64,000 nt of DNA from an uncultured Candidatus Saccharibacteria bacterium (GTDB lineage: Bacteria > Patescibacteriota > Saccharimonadia > Saccharimonadales > UBA10212). Both the position numbers and the translations under genes were made by a program. Numbering within the stretch: the stretch's first letter is position 1; every line of letters starts with the position of its first letter. Under the pieces are notes generated by a model, which saw nothing but the letters and a program-made list of their open reading frames with translations, had not been told where the DNA came from and ran no database searches. The stretch lies in the NCBI GenBank assembly GCA_964460855.1, contig CAYWQH010000001.1, positions 59,868 through 123,867 of the forward strand. The letters run 5' to 3'. Positions 1 through 9,604 of this stretch are shown here, one piece after another.

Positions 1-723
1 GGCCGGTTAAAGTATTTGACCGATTCCGGGGTTAGCGTCCCTAAAAGTTTTAAAGCCAACGGCACTAATACCGCTGTTTACGTAGCCGAAGATAATGAAT
101 TTTTAGGCGCCATATATTTCGAAGACCAGCTGCGCGACGACGCCAACCAAATGTTAGACCGCCTGCAAGACGCTGGCATTAAATACCAGATTTTAATTTC
201 TGGCGACAACCATAAGGCTGTAGAAAGCGTCGCCAAAAAGTTGGGCATCGAAGAATATTATGCCGACTGCTTGCCGGCCCAAAAAGTCGAAGCCATCGAG
301 GGTATCCCTAAAAAATACCGGCCAATTGCTTTTGCCGGGGACGGTATTAATGACGCCCCCGCCCTGGCTGCCGCCGATGTAGGCATTGCCTTGGGCGCCA
401 AAGGCGTACCGGCCGCCAGCGAAGCCGCCGAAGCGGTTATCATGCAAGGCAGCATCAGTAAAGTCGCCAGCGCCCTGGAAATTGCCGACCGCACCATGAA
501 CATTGCCCGCCAAAGCGTAGTGGTAGGTATAGTTCTAAGCATCGCCTTAATGGGAATTTTCGCCACCGGTAAATTCCGGGCGGCCAGCGGCGCGGTTATC
601 CAGGAAATCCTGGATGTTATTGTGATCTTAAATGCGTTGCGCGCCCACCGTACCGGGCCATTACCCAAAAACATGAAAGTTAAATTGGCTAAGAAGCCAA
701 CATATTCAAAAGCGCGATCGTAA
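1..723 (+). CDS. P-type (heavy-metal type) ATPase, C-terminal fragment; 5' end lies outside the window
   Basis: Frame is open from base 1. Has the GDGINDAPALAAADVGIALG hinge motif followed by two C-terminal TM helices. Confidence 0.85.
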   Translation, partial: GRLKYLTDSGVSVPKSFKANGTNTAVYVAEDNEFLGAIYFEDQLRDDANQMLDRLQDAGIKYQILISGDNHKAVESVAKKLGIEEYYADCLPAQKVEAIEGIPKKYRPIAFAGDGINDAPALAAADVGIALGAKGVPAASEAAEAVIMQGSISKVASALEIADRTMNIARQSVVVGIVLSIALMGIFATGKFRAASGAVIQEILDVIVILNALRAHRTGPLPKNMKVKLAKKPTYSKARS

Positions 724-1336
724 CTACCGGAATTAGTAAATTATCCATACCTTTGTAAGAGAAGTTTTCAATAAACATTAATATTGGCGGGATGACGGCC
801 ATCGCCAAGATGTAATCGTGGTAGCTCATTTTTTGGAGGTTAAAAATCAAGCTGATACCCAGTATCCACAAAGTTATCAGCCAAAAAGCCATGCTGCCAA
901 TAACCGTTTTGCTTTGGCCGTACAAAACATATTGCCAGCGCTGGCCGTACTTGCGGCCGATAACCGCCGCCAGGCCATCGGCAATCGCCATAATTAAAAT
1001 TGCCGTCATAAAGAAGATCTTATTGGTGGTGATAGCTGCCGCCAGGCCAATGCCCATAGCAAAATATATATCGCCGTAACTCGGCCGCTTTACCGAGAAT
1101 AAGGCATGGAAAATCCTAAACCGGCGGCTGATTAATACAGCCACTAAAAAAGCCAGGCTTATTAATTGGATGGCCTGCCAACTCATCAGCCACGGCCAAA
1201 AGGCAATAAAAATTCCAATGCTCATATGCACCGACTTGCGCAAGCCCTCGCCGCGCAGGATTTTGCGGCGCCACAAATATTCGGAAGAGACTAAAACCGC
1301 GAAGACAATCAGCAGGCAAACCGCGGCACTAAGCAT
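689..1336 (-). CDS. Polytopic membrane protein, CTP-dependent cytidylyltransferase / polyprenol (dolichol-phytol) kinase-like family
   Basis: 215-aa ORF with multiple TM helices and an IADGLAAVIGRKYG motif typical of this family. Convergent 35-nt overlap with the ATPase 3' end. Confidence 0.5.
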   Translation of the reverse strand: MLSAAVCLLIVFAVLVSSEYLWRRKILRGEGLRKSVHMSIGIFIAFWPWLMSWQAIQLISLAFLVAVLISRRFRIFHALFSVKRPSYGDIYFAMGIGLAAAITTNKIFFMTAILIMAIADGLAAVIGRKYGQRWQYVLYGQSKTVIGSMAFWLITLWILGISLIFNLQKMSYHDYILAMAVIPPILMFIENFSYKGMDNLLIPVVTIALLNMLAS

Positions 1337-1366
1337 AGCCCCAATTGTATCATTTACTTTTTTAGT

Positions 1367-1720
1367 TTATTCGATGAAGTCTGCTTCGATTTCGTCAGCA
1401 AGTTTATCAGCTCTGGTCGCAGCCCTGGTAAATTTGCGCCTGCCGCGTTCCATAAGTGCCGCGCCCGCTCCAGCAAGTATTATTGATCCCATATGGACTT
1501 CATTTAAATCTGCACGGCTGCCGGGATAAGACTTGCCGGTTAGTTCGAATGCAACGTTTATCGCTAGTAAACCCAAAGGAATTGCAGAGCGCATAATCCT
1601 GTAACCAGAAGCTTCTTCGCGACAATCCTTTGCAATATCGCGGTTAATATCCACGAAAGGCTGCATGTAGGGTTTAGCCGCACTCATTAAATCAATAATA
1701 TCAAAAGGCTCTGCAAGCAT
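1367..1720 (-). CDS. Hypothetical protein
   Basis: 117-aa ORF filling the gap between neighbours. No recognisable motif. Confidence 0.4.
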   Translation of the reverse strand: MLAEPFDIIDLMSAAKPYMQPFVDINRDIAKDCREEASGYRIMRSAIPLGLLAINVAFELTGKSYPGSRADLNEVHMGSIILAGAGAALMERGRRKFTRAATRADKLADEIEADFIE

Positions 1721-1743
1721 AAACCATAACCGCTTTCGTTCGA

Positions 1744-2256
1744 ATGCTAACTAAGTATAATTATTTTATGAGCAGTGAACCGGGATATGTTGACTCGCTT
1801 TTTCCGGCAGCCTCCAAAGAATCAAAACGGCGGGAAGCGACTAGCGTAGTTTCTTCAACTTGCCGCAAAGTTATAGAAAATTTTGCGTTTCGACCCTTAG
1901 CAGATCTAATAAGTACTAAATGTGTTTTGCCGGCGGTAAAATGGAATTCGGAAGGTGAACGTATTGAGTTAAAGGTTATAGACGAAGAGGACGGCCGTTT
2001 GGCTGAAGTAGACGCGAACCATCCGATTGAATCACTACGCTCCAAAAAAGTAATTGGAGAATTGATTTTTTACCCGAATGGTACCGATGGTATTGTTGCG
2101 CTGACAATTGATTTGTATGGTTACCGTCTGGATGGTCCGCAAATTTTAGATTTTGAAAGAAATGAATTATCTATAGAACAGCTTGAAGGGCTTAACAGGG
2201 ATATTATCAGGTATGGCGAGTTAATCGAAGCTGAATTAAAAGAATGGCAAGCCTAA
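1744..2256 (+). CDS. Hypothetical protein
   Basis: 170-aa ORF followed by a strong hairpin terminator. No recognisable motif. Confidence 0.45.
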   Translation: MLTKYNYFMSSEPGYVDSLFPAASKESKRREATSVVSSTCRKVIENFAFRPLADLISTKCVLPAVKWNSEGERIELKVIDEEDGRLAEVDANHPIESLRSKKVIGELIFYPNGTDGIVALTIDLYGYRLDGPQILDFERNELSIEQLEGLNRDIIRYGELIEAELKEWQA

Positions 2257-2277
2257 AATACCCACGTAACAAACTAT

Positions 2278-2306
2278 AAAAATGACCACAAAAGTGGTCA
2301 TTTTTA
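2278..2306. terminator. Bidirectional rho-independent terminator
   Basis: AAAA-ATGACCAC-aaaa-GTGGTCAT-TTTT. Perfect 8-bp stem flanked by an A-run and a T-run, between a + strand ORF and tRNA-Pro on the minus strand. Confidence 0.6.
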
Positions 2307-2308
2307 TA

Positions 2309-2384
2309 TGGTCGGGGTGATCCGACTTGAACGGACGACCTCAGCGTCCCGAACGCTGCGCGCTACCAACTGCGCTACACCCCG
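2309..2384 (-). tRNA. tRNA-Pro (anticodon CGG), CCA encoded
   Basis: Reverse complement folds as CGGGGTG/TA/GCGC-AGTTGGTA-GCGC/G/CAGCG-TTCGGGA-CGCTG/AGGTC/GTCCG-TTCAAGT-CGGAT/CACCCCG/A/CCA. Confidence 0.9.
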
Positions 2385-2404
2385 ATAAGAAAATGAGACA
2401 AAAC

Positions 2405-2959
2405 CTATTGGTAATGTTCGTGTCGTAATGTTACCAGACAAACTAACGCATCATTTGGAGATTTTTCGGGAAAATCCTCATGCACCACGGTGTCTATAAA
2501 ATAACCAGTGTTATCTTCGGGCAAAATTATTGGATTAGGCATAATTTTTATGTCGATATCATCTGAATTTTTGGTAACTACTTCTTCAAAAATATCTTCT
2601 ATTTCGAAATCGCCGTCTGCATTATCCGGCTTATATGCGGCACGGAGTTTGCTAGCGTCATAGACTCCCACAACCGGATGCTCGTATCCTTCGGCATATT
2701 GAAAGGCGTTTTGCGGAACCGGCTTAAGCCTAAAAGAATTCGCGTCCATAACGTGGACCATAGGGGGTTTTGGCAATCCATCACTTTTGTCGATAAACCC
2801 ACCATCGAAGCCACTAAATACTACATTTTTAGTATCTATGCCGCTGGCTTCTAAATTCTGCTTTAGCAATTCAAAAGTTTCCGGGTCGTTCGAAGATAAG
2901 TGGCTGGGTATTTCAAAGTCTATTACTTTTGGCAAATGCGGTGATAACTGTTCTGACAT
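2405..2959 (-). CDS. Hypothetical acidic protein
   Basis: 184-aa ORF between two divergent tRNA-Pro genes. No recognisable motif. Confidence 0.5.
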   Translation of the reverse strand: MSEQLSPHLPKVIDFEIPSHLSSNDPETFELLKQNLEASGIDTKNVVFSGFDGGFIDKSDGLPKPPMVHVMDANSFRLKPVPQNAFQYAEGYEHPVVGVYDASKLRAAYKPDNADGDFEIEDIFEEVVTKNSDDIDIKIMPNPIILPEDNTGYFIDTVVHEDFPEKSPNDALVCLVTLRHEHYQ

Positions 2960-3005
2960 ACAGTTAAAAATATACCCAATTATCGAATATGTCTAATTGT
3001 TAGGC

Positions 3006-3158
3006 TTAGCGAAAACTCTTTTTGCTGAAGAAAACTGCCCACAAAAAACTGCCAATGGCTATCCAAAGAGCCGCACCTTGTTTGTCAGATTTTTGCAACT
3101 TTCTTAGCGCCTTTACTATGGCCGCCATTCTTACCAATCGATACATAATCCAAAACAT
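3006..3158 (-). CDS. Possible 50-aa small membrane protein (below the ORF-track cutoff)
   Basis: Hand translation gives MFWIMYRLVRMAAIVKALRKLQKSDKQGAALWIAIGSFLWAVFFSKKSFR. GAAGGA sits 8 nt upstream of the ATG. Same strand as, and just upstream of, 2405-2959. Confidence 0.35.
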   Translation of the reverse strand: MFWIMYRLVRMAAIVKALRKLQKSDKQGAALWIAIGSFLWAVFFSKKSFR

Positions 3159-3261
3159 AAATTATCCTTCAGTTACGGATAATATTGTAAAGTTATTAAG
3201 TTAACTTGCCTGTTAGATTGCTAACTTAGTGCATATGAATTATAATCACCCCTGTTATTGT

Positions 3262-3338
3262 CGGGGATTGGCGCAGTTGGCTAGCGCGCGCGGTTTGGGA
3301 CCGCGAGGTCGGAGGTTCGAGTCCTCTATCCCCGACCA
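3262..3338 (+). tRNA. tRNA-Pro (anticodon UGG), CCA encoded
   Basis: CGGGGAT/TG/GCGC-AGTTGGCTA-GCGC/G/CGCGG-TTTGGGA-CCGCG/AGGTC/GGAGG-TTCGAGT-CCTCT/ATCCCCG/A/CCA. Confidence 0.9.
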
Positions 3339-3355
3339 TTATCTAGAGCACATAT

Positions 3356-4189
3356 ATGAGTGTTGAAATAATTGGCACCTATAACTTAAACGACGTATTT
3401 CCGCATCAAGACAGGCGATACGACGAAACTTTGGGCACTATTTTGTGTGATGAAGAGCCGAGCATCTTCATGCTTCAAGAAGTTTGTATGGAAGATGACG
3501 TCCGACTATTAAAACATACTGTTGCTGACACTTTAGGCAGGGATTACCGCGTACTTACAGCGCCCTTATACCGGGATAACCCTAAAAGTGGCCTAGCGGT
3601 CATAACAAACCTGGATGTTTTATTGCACGCACGCTTGGACTACGGTTTGAAATCTAGTAAAAATGACGCCCAGCTTCTTAGGCTTCGCAGCGCTGATGGC
3701 GTAGAACTAGAGGTAATAAATGTTCACCACGAAATGCCGTGGCCTACCGAATTTTTAAGATATTTTAAAGCCAGGGTGCTATCCAGAAGAATGAAACAAG
3801 AATTGCCGGTTATCGTGGCCGGAGATACTAACGCGCCAGATGCTTTTCCTTCGTCACGGAAACTGAAGCGCGGTACAATTTCAGTTGTAGACGCTTTACC
3901 GCCAAATGATCGCTGGACATGGCCAACCAGGATGGCCGAACATTATGCGGGCAACCCGGAAATTGGCGATTTGTCTCAAAATGAAGTTAGATCTCTAAAA
4001 ATATTCAGGAAACTGGGCTGGGGAGCAATAATAGCCGGTTCAAAATTGCCTAAATATACAGTGGATCGTATGCAGCTAAACGATTATTTTAAAATAAGAG
4101 AAGCTAAAGTTTTAGGTACTGGCGACCGCCAACTATGGCAGCATGTTTCGGATCATCGTGCATTACTGGCGGAAGTAGAAATTATTTAG
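3356..4189 (+). CDS. Endonuclease/exonuclease/phosphatase (EEP) family protein
   Basis: 277-aa ORF with VIVAGDTNAP and a C-terminal SDHRALLAEV, both motifs typical of the EEP fold. No signal peptide. Confidence 0.7.
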   Translation: MSVEIIGTYNLNDVFPHQDRRYDETLGTILCDEEPSIFMLQEVCMEDDVRLLKHTVADTLGRDYRVLTAPLYRDNPKSGLAVITNLDVLLHARLDYGLKSSKNDAQLLRLRSADGVELEVINVHHEMPWPTEFLRYFKARVLSRRMKQELPVIVAGDTNAPDAFPSSRKLKRGTISVVDALPPNDRWTWPTRMAEHYAGNPEIGDLSQNEVRSLKIFRKLGWGAIIAGSKLPKYTVDRMQLNDYFKIREAKVLGTGDRQLWQHVSDHRALLAEVEII

Positions 4190-5696
4190 CGAACTCAATG
4201 GCGCGGGTTTCGCGGATGACATTGACCTTGATAGTACCCGGGTACTGCATGGTCGATTCGATTTTTGTGGCAATATCGCGGGCCAGCTTTATAGCTTGCA
4301 GGTCGTCAATTTGGGCCGGGTAAACAAACACCCTCACTTCGCGGCCGGCGCTGATGGCGTAGGCCTTTTCGATGCCGTCAAAGCTGGTAGCGGTGTTTTC
4401 CAAGTCTTTCATGCGCTCCACGAAGTTTTCGGCGCTGACGTTACGGGCGCCGGGGCGGGCCGAGCTAATAGCATCGACTACCCTTACAACTAAAGCTTCC
4501 AAAGTTGTGGCTTCGATGTCGTCGTGGTGGGCTTCGGCGGCGTGGGCGACTTCTTCGGGCGCGCCGTATTTGCGCAGCATTTCGGCACTGATGTGGTGGT
4601 GCTTGCCTTCCATTTTATGGGTCAGGGCTTTGCCAAGGTCGTGGGTCAGCGAAGCGTACTTGGCAGTCTTAACGTCGGCGCCCAGCATTTCGGCCATTAT
4701 GCCGGCCAGGTGAGCCATTTCTACACTGTGCTTCAGTACGTTTTGGCCGTAACTGGTACGGTATTTAAGCTCACCCAGCAGTTGCAAAATTTCGCGCGGG
4801 ATGCCAACCAGGCCCACTTCGCGGGCGGCGTCTTCGGCGGCGTGGATGATATCGCGCTGCACTTGCTTTTGGGCTTTTTCTACAACTTCTTCGATGCGGC
4901 CTGGATGTACCCGGCCGTCTTTAAGCAGCATTTCCATGGCCTGTCGGGCGACTTCGCGCCGTACCGGGTCAAACGAGCTAAGAACAATCATGCCGGGGGT
5001 TTCGTCGACTAAAATATCGACGCCGGTGGCCCGCTGAAGTGCTTGGATGTTGCGGCCTTCTTTGCCGATAATCCGCCCTTTCATTTCTTCGTCTTCCAGC
5101 TTGATGGCACTAACCGTTCGTTCGGCGGCTACTTCGCTGGCCATGCGTTCCATGGCGGTAGTGATTATCAAAGCCGCCTGCTCTTCGGCGTTATCGCGGG
5201 CTTCGTTTTGGGCTTTGGAAATTAGGTTTATAAGGTCGTTTTTAATATCGCGCTCGGTCATCTGCATCAGTTTTTCGGCGGCATCGGCTTTGCTAAGCTT
5301 GGCGATTTTTTCTAATTTATCCTGCTGCTTAGTGCGGATTTCGCGGATATCGTTTTTAAGAGCCTCGACTTCGTCTTCGCTTTTGCGCAGGTTCTCAGAC
5401 CGCTTGTCTAATTCGTCTAGTTTTTTGTCGAGTGATTCCTCGCGGTTAACTAACCGTTTTTCGATGTCTTTAATTTCTTCGCGGCGGCGCTGTTCGTCTT
5501 TGCGGGCTTCATCGGTTACCCGCGAAGCTTCTTCTTGGGCTTTTTTAATTGCTTCGGCGGCTTCTTTTTTAGCTTTGGTCAGTTCTTTTTCGGCGGCGGC
5601 TTCGGCCTGGCCGCTGCGGCGTTTGGTATAAGCGGTACTCGCGCCAAAACCAACAGCTAGGCCAACGGCGGCCAACACCAAGGTAATTGGATCCAT
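4182..5696 (-). CDS. rny: Ribonuclease Y
   Basis: N-terminal TM helix, Lys/Glu coiled coil, KH region (GRIIGKEGRNIQALQ) and HD domain (LKYRTSYGQNVLKHS..HDLGK). Start placed at the ATG at 5696, preceded by AAAGGGGA. Confidence 0.95.
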   Translation of the reverse strand: MDPITLVLAAVGLAVGFGASTAYTKRRSGQAEAAAEKELTKAKKEAAEAIKKAQEEASRVTDEARKDEQRRREEIKDIEKRLVNREESLDKKLDELDKRSENLRKSEDEVEALKNDIREIRTKQQDKLEKIAKLSKADAAEKLMQMTERDIKNDLINLISKAQNEARDNAEEQAALIITTAMERMASEVAAERTVSAIKLEDEEMKGRIIGKEGRNIQALQRATGVDILVDETPGMIVLSSFDPVRREVARQAMEMLLKDGRVHPGRIEEVVEKAQKQVQRDIIHAAEDAAREVGLVGIPREILQLLGELKYRTSYGQNVLKHSVEMAHLAGIMAEMLGADVKTAKYASLTHDLGKALTHKMEGKHHHISAEMLRKYGAPEEVAHAAEAHHDDIEATTLEALVVRVVDAISSARPGARNVSAENFVERMKDLENTATSFDGIEKAYAISAGREVRVFVYPAQIDDLQAIKLARDIATKIESTMQYPGTIKVNVIRETRAIEFAK

Positions 5697-5854
5697 ATTG
5701 TCCCCTTTCGTCAGGGTGGTACGCCAATCTGCTGCGGGCAATCACTATCACTTCATTAGCCACCAGCGGTTCGGCGAAAAATATCAATTTTATATAGTTT
5801 TTCAGATGTGGATTATCCCAAAAGTCGGTAAAAATCCTAGCAATACTATACCAG

Positions 5855-6247
5855 TTATTTATCCCACTGGCTATATCCGTATTCCGGCAGGGCGATGCCT
5901 TCATTTTGATTATTACTTAACTTGTTAAGCGCATCAGATTTCCAATTTTTGCCCCCGGCAGAAACTATTGGAATACTGTAACTATCGGCCAGCGCATTCG
6001 CTACCGTTAGGCCAATGCGCAGACCGGTAAAACTGCCCGGGCCATTAAAACAGGCTATACCTTGTAAGTCCGTTAACTGTTTACCATTTTCCGTTAGCAA
6101 TTCTTGGATTTTTTGGTGGATGGTTTCAGCCAATTGGCGGCCGGCCGGCCATTTAGTTTCTGCAGTTTGTTCACCATTTTCATACAAACCCAGCTCACAA
6201 TCGGTTTGGTCGGTTTTTAATGCTAGCACCAGCATCAGCTTTTCCAA
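5855..6247 (-). CDS. tsaB: tRNA t6A biosynthesis protein TsaB, short form (N-terminal domain only)
   Basis: GPGSFTGLRIGLTVANALA motif. Only 130 aa. An alternative ATG at 6235 overlaps the tsaE stop codon by 1 nt. Confidence 0.7.
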   Translation of the reverse strand: MEKLMLVLALKTDQTDCELGLYENGEQTAETKWPAGRQLAETIHQKIQELLTENGKQLTDLQGIACFNGPGSFTGLRIGLTVANALADSYSIPIVSAGGKNWKSDALNKLSNNQNEGIALPEYGYSQWDK

Positions 6248-6735
6248 TCTCCCCAGCTTTTATTAAGTGTCTCCACAAGTTTAAGGTTGGCGTCGGTATA
6301 TTTAAAAGTCAGCTGCCGTGTATTTTCGCCGTCGGGTAATAAATTAAATTCGATGGTAATTTTACGGTCCGGAAGTATTGAGTTCACGTTTTCCGGCCAT
6401 TCCACGGCGGTAATATTAGACGGCTCGTCAATTATTTCAGCCAGCTCGTCTTTCATAATTCCCGGCTCGGCCAAACGGTAGAAATCGAAGTGGTGCAAAA
6501 ATATGCCATCTCGGCCTTGGTAAACGCGGCTGATAGTAAACGTCGGGCTGTTTACTTGCTCGTCAGATTCCAGGCCTGTTGCCAGGCCTTTAACGAAAGT
6601 AGTTTTGCCGCTGCCTAAATCGCCGACCAGTTCTAATACTTCTCCGCCTTTAAGCAGAGCCCCCAGCCGCGCGCCGAGCTGCTCGGTTTGCGCGGAACTG
6701 GTGCAAACGGTTTGCCAGATCATGCCGGTACTCAT
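6235..6735 (-). CDS. tsaE: tRNA t6A biosynthesis ATPase TsaE
   Basis: GDLGSGKTTFVKGLA Walker A motif and SPTFTI motif. Start is uncertain (ATG at 6735 or 6723). Either start overlaps the 3' end of the upstream gene. Confidence 0.85.
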   Translation of the reverse strand: MSTGMIWQTVCTSSAQTEQLGARLGALLKGGEVLELVGDLGSGKTTFVKGLATGLESDEQVNSPTFTISRVYQGRDGIFLHHFDFYRLAEPGIMKDELAEIIDEPSNITAVEWPENVNSILPDRKITIEFNLLPDGENTRQLTFKYTDANLKLVETLNKSWGDWKS

Positions 6736-7927
6736 AACACGCATATAGTACGATTGCCGCCCCCAGCCCGGCAAGCACAAACGGGTTTAGTTTATTGGCG
6801 GAGTTGGCGGCTGCCAGCTTTTCGCCTACGCTATTTCCGGTATTGGCACCAGAAACTTTTTTGTTTTTAGTGGTTGCTGGTTTTGTTTTAGCGCTGTGCA
6901 GCGCGGCGGGTTTTGATGCTTTAGTTTTGCCAGCCGTATTTGCGGCGGCTGATAATGTAATAATATTTGCCGCGCCGGGAGTTGGCTGGTTAGTCCACTG
7001 CCACTTGCCGTCTTTAAGCGCCCAAGCCTGGCCGCTTTGGGCGGCAGAGTAGGGGCCGGATTGGTCCACAATATTCCCCGCTGGGTCATAAAGTTTTACC
7101 TGGCCGCTGGTATTGCTGAGCGTGAGGTGGCTTTGTTTGCTGTAAATTACCGCGTAATTCCGGGGCTTAAGCGTAACGCCGGAAATTATATACTTATAAC
7201 TTTCTTTAGTGCCGCTGGTTAATTTATAGCCGGTCAAGTCTACAGTGGCAGAAGTTGGGTTATATAACTCCACGAATTCATCGTTGGCGTCGGTTTGCGG
7301 CGCCGCCGGGTTGGGCATTAACTCAGTTATTTTTATTACGGCCGGTTGGGCAGCAGCCGAAGTTGCGCTTAACGCTTGCGGCGGTAGCTGAAATATATTG
7401 GCGGCTTTTGGCGTTGGGCTGGCAGTAATTGCAAAGCCGGCGCCGCCCAGCGCAATCGAACTGCCGGGCGGGGGCGCGGCGCTAATAGCCCCGGCCGCGG
7501 TACCCCAGGCGATTTGGTCCTGCACTTGGCCGGCCGGGTCAACCAACCTCAGTTGGCCGCCTTCCTGGGCTAGCGTACTATTAAAGCTGCTATCGGCCTG
7601 GCCGGTTAAATAACCGCTGCTAGCAAGCAAGTAGTAACCGCCTGCCCCAACCGAACCATTTACACCAAGGCTGCGGGTAGGGCTTGTCCAATCAGTTGAA
7701 TTGGCGCTTAAATAAAATATTTTCCAGCCGCTTACATTAATTGCCACCGGGCTATTGTTATAAAGTTCGATAAATTCCTGCCCGGCGCTGTCCGTAGAGC
7801 CGGTTTGTACTTCAGAAAATCGCACGCCTGCCTGTTGCGCCGCAACGCTGCCGCCTCCCGGCGAACTAAACCCCAGTATTGTAAGCGTAAGTAATATAGC
7901 TATACAATATATCTTCACTAACCGCAA
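6650..7927 (-). CDS. Secreted, C-terminally membrane-anchored protein with two lamin-tail-domain (LTD) repeats
   Basis: Signal peptide, then two LTD signatures (QEFIELYNNS..VSGWKI and DEFVELYNPT..LTGYKL), a Lys/Ala-rich linker and a C-terminal TM helix. Start codon uncertain (TTG at 7927 or GTG at 7918). Confidence 0.7.
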   Translation of the reverse strand: MRLVKIYCIAILLTLTILGFSSPGGGSVAAQQAGVRFSEVQTGSTDSAGQEFIELYNNSPVAINVSGWKIFYLSANSTDWTSPTRSLGVNGSVGAGGYYLLASSGYLTGQADSSFNSTLAQEGGQLRLVDPAGQVQDQIAWGTAAGAISAAPPPGSSIALGGAGFAITASPTPKAANIFQLPPQALSATSAAAQPAVIKITELMPNPAAPQTDANDEFVELYNPTSATVDLTGYKLTSGTKESYKYIISGVTLKPRNYAVIYSKQSHLTLSNTSGQVKLYDPAGNIVDQSGPYSAAQSGQAWALKDGKWQWTNQPTPGAANIITLSAAANTAGKTKASKPAALHSAKTKPATTKNKKVSGANTGNSVGEKLAAANSANKLNPFVLAGLGAAIVLYACYEYRHDLANRLHQFRANRAARRAAGGSA

Positions 7928-7992
7928 TTATAGGCGCAAGCGTCCCTAATTCAAGGTGTTGTTGTAGCAATTAGTACGCTATACTTAAAACT

Positions 7993-8535
7993 ATGTTGGC
8001 ACTCAGTAATAACCTCATTGACCGGCCCATTTTGAGCTTGCGCAGCGGCGGACGCATCGGCACTGCCCTGGAGCCAATTGTTAACCCCCACAACCTGCAA
8101 ATTATCGGCTGGTGGTGCGATAATTTGGCCGAAGAAAGCGACAATGTGCTAATGACCAGCGACGTTCGCGAAGTTTTGCCAACCGGCATCGTAATCGACG
8201 ACAGCCATAACTTCAGCAATCCCGAAGACCTGGCCCGCCAAAAAGAAGTGCTAGACACTAACTACAAAATTATCGGCAAACAAGTGCGCACCGAACACCA
8301 AAAAATCGGCAAGGTAGCCGATTATGTTTATGATTCTACGTTTCTCATACAAAAGATCCATGTCGAGCAGTCGCTGCTTAAAGCTTTGGCCCAGGATACC
8401 CGCATTATTGGCCGCAACCAAATTATTGAAGTTACAGACAAATATATCTTAGTTAAAGATTCCAGCGTTAAGGCCGGCGCCCAAACCAGCAAGCTGAGCG
8501 ACAAGCTGGCCGACGCCCTGCTGCCCAACACCTAG
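7993..8535 (+). CDS. Hypothetical protein, possibly tandem PRC-barrel-like
   Basis: 180-aa ORF with two similar halves resembling PRC-barrel proteins (..G..IG.V.D...). The assignment is weak. Confidence 0.4.
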   Translation: MLALSNNLIDRPILSLRSGGRIGTALEPIVNPHNLQIIGWWCDNLAEESDNVLMTSDVREVLPTGIVIDDSHNFSNPEDLARQKEVLDTNYKIIGKQVRTEHQKIGKVADYVYDSTFLIQKIHVEQSLLKALAQDTRIIGRNQIIEVTDKYILVKDSSVKAGAQTSKLSDKLADALLPNT

Positions 8536-9134
8536 TCGCGGTTGAGTTCTTCTTTTATCATGCCGTAGTTAAAACCCTGGCGGAGTAAATATTGCATGAA
8601 TTTTACCGGGTCGTTTTTATAACGGCTGCGGTTGGCGGTTTTGGCGATTACATCACACAAGGCCGCCCGTTCGTCTTCTTCACTGTCATCTAGCACCTCT
8701 TTTATAATTTCCTGGTCAATGCCCTTTTGCCGGAGTTCGAGCTGAAGTTTGCGGTTACTGCTGCGCTTGCCGGCCCGCCGGCTTTCAACCCACCATTTGG
8801 CAAACGCTTCGTCGTCCAGGTATTTTTTAGCCAGGAATTGCTGCTCCCAGGCTTCTATTAACTCCGGGTCGGCTTTTTTGCGGCGCAAATAATCCCGGAA
8901 TTCTTTGACTGAATGTGGTCGCAACAGCAGCCAGTTTAGCGTCCGGAATTTGGCCTTGCCTTCGTCTGATATTTTTTGCAGCGCTTTTAACCGGGGCTGG
9001 TCTATTTCTTGGCCGTGTTTAAGCTTTTCGGCTACCAGCTCGTCCAGGCTTAGCGAAAAACTATATTTGCCATCGACAAAAATGCTGGCCCGCTCCGGGT
9101 TTTTAACCTGCTGTTTTATCGCGGTAATCGTCAT
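8532..9134 (-). CDS. recX: Regulatory protein RecX
   Basis: MTITAIKQQVKNPERASIFVDGKYSFSLSLDELV N-terminus and helical repeats typical of RecX. Its ATG overlaps the upstream stop codon (ATGA). Confidence 0.85.
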   Translation of the reverse strand: MTITAIKQQVKNPERASIFVDGKYSFSLSLDELVAEKLKHGQEIDQPRLKALQKISDEGKAKFRTLNWLLLRPHSVKEFRDYLRRKKADPELIEAWEQQFLAKKYLDDEAFAKWWVESRRAGKRSSNRKLQLELRQKGIDQEIIKEVLDDSEEDERAALCDVIAKTANRSRYKNDPVKFMQYLLRQGFNYGMIKEELNRD

Positions 9135-9595
9135 ACGGTTTTTAAGATAAGGGCGCTTACGAAAACAAACCACACGGCCTCCGCCCAGATGCCTTGCGGG
9201 AATTCTTTCCATTGGATGAATGAGTGGAAGCGCGACAGGTGGTTTTTTGGCTTGACGGTTTTACTGCGCCGTTCGTTAAAGAAGCGGAAGCCCCAGATAA
9301 GGTCGGGCGACATGCAGGCAAACATGCAAAGCGCCACCAGCCAGGGGTTTACCGTAGGCGCTATTAATATAGGCACGCTTATCAGCAAGGCCAGGGCAAC
9401 CGCGCAATCAATCGCCAGTACTTTTAAAAACCTCTTGTCGGCATTGCGCTTTAACACGTTAGGTTCATCAATGCCGAAATGCGGCATGGCGTCCATGGCA
9501 AAATGGGCGCCAAAAGCTAATATTACCGCCAGCACCGGCTGGTGTATTGCCACCGCGATTAACGCGCCGGTGATGGCATGGTTAGTGGCCGTCAT
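9131..9595 (-). CDS. Membrane-bound metal-dependent hydrolase-like protein (DUF457 / YdjM-like)
   Basis: 154-aa polytopic ORF with an MTATNH.. N-terminus and an HFAMDAMPH motif resembling the YdjM family. Lies between recA and recX. Confidence 0.5.
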   Translation of the reverse strand: MTATNHAITGALIAVAIHQPVLAVILAFGAHFAMDAMPHFGIDEPNVLKRNADKRFLKVLAIDCAVALALLISVPILIAPTVNPWLVALCMFACMSPDLIWGFRFFNERRSKTVKPKNHLSRFHSFIQWKEFPQGIWAEAVWFVFVSALILKTV

Positions 9596-9604
9596 GCCAC
9601 TATT

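Noticed and set aside
4296-5631. Several 60-190-aa ORFs on the plus strand inside rny (for example 4524-5012 and 5047-5631).
   Set aside because: They are antisense shadow ORFs of a confidently identified gene. Their translations are low-complexity or Ser/Ala/Arg-rich, with no start-site signals.
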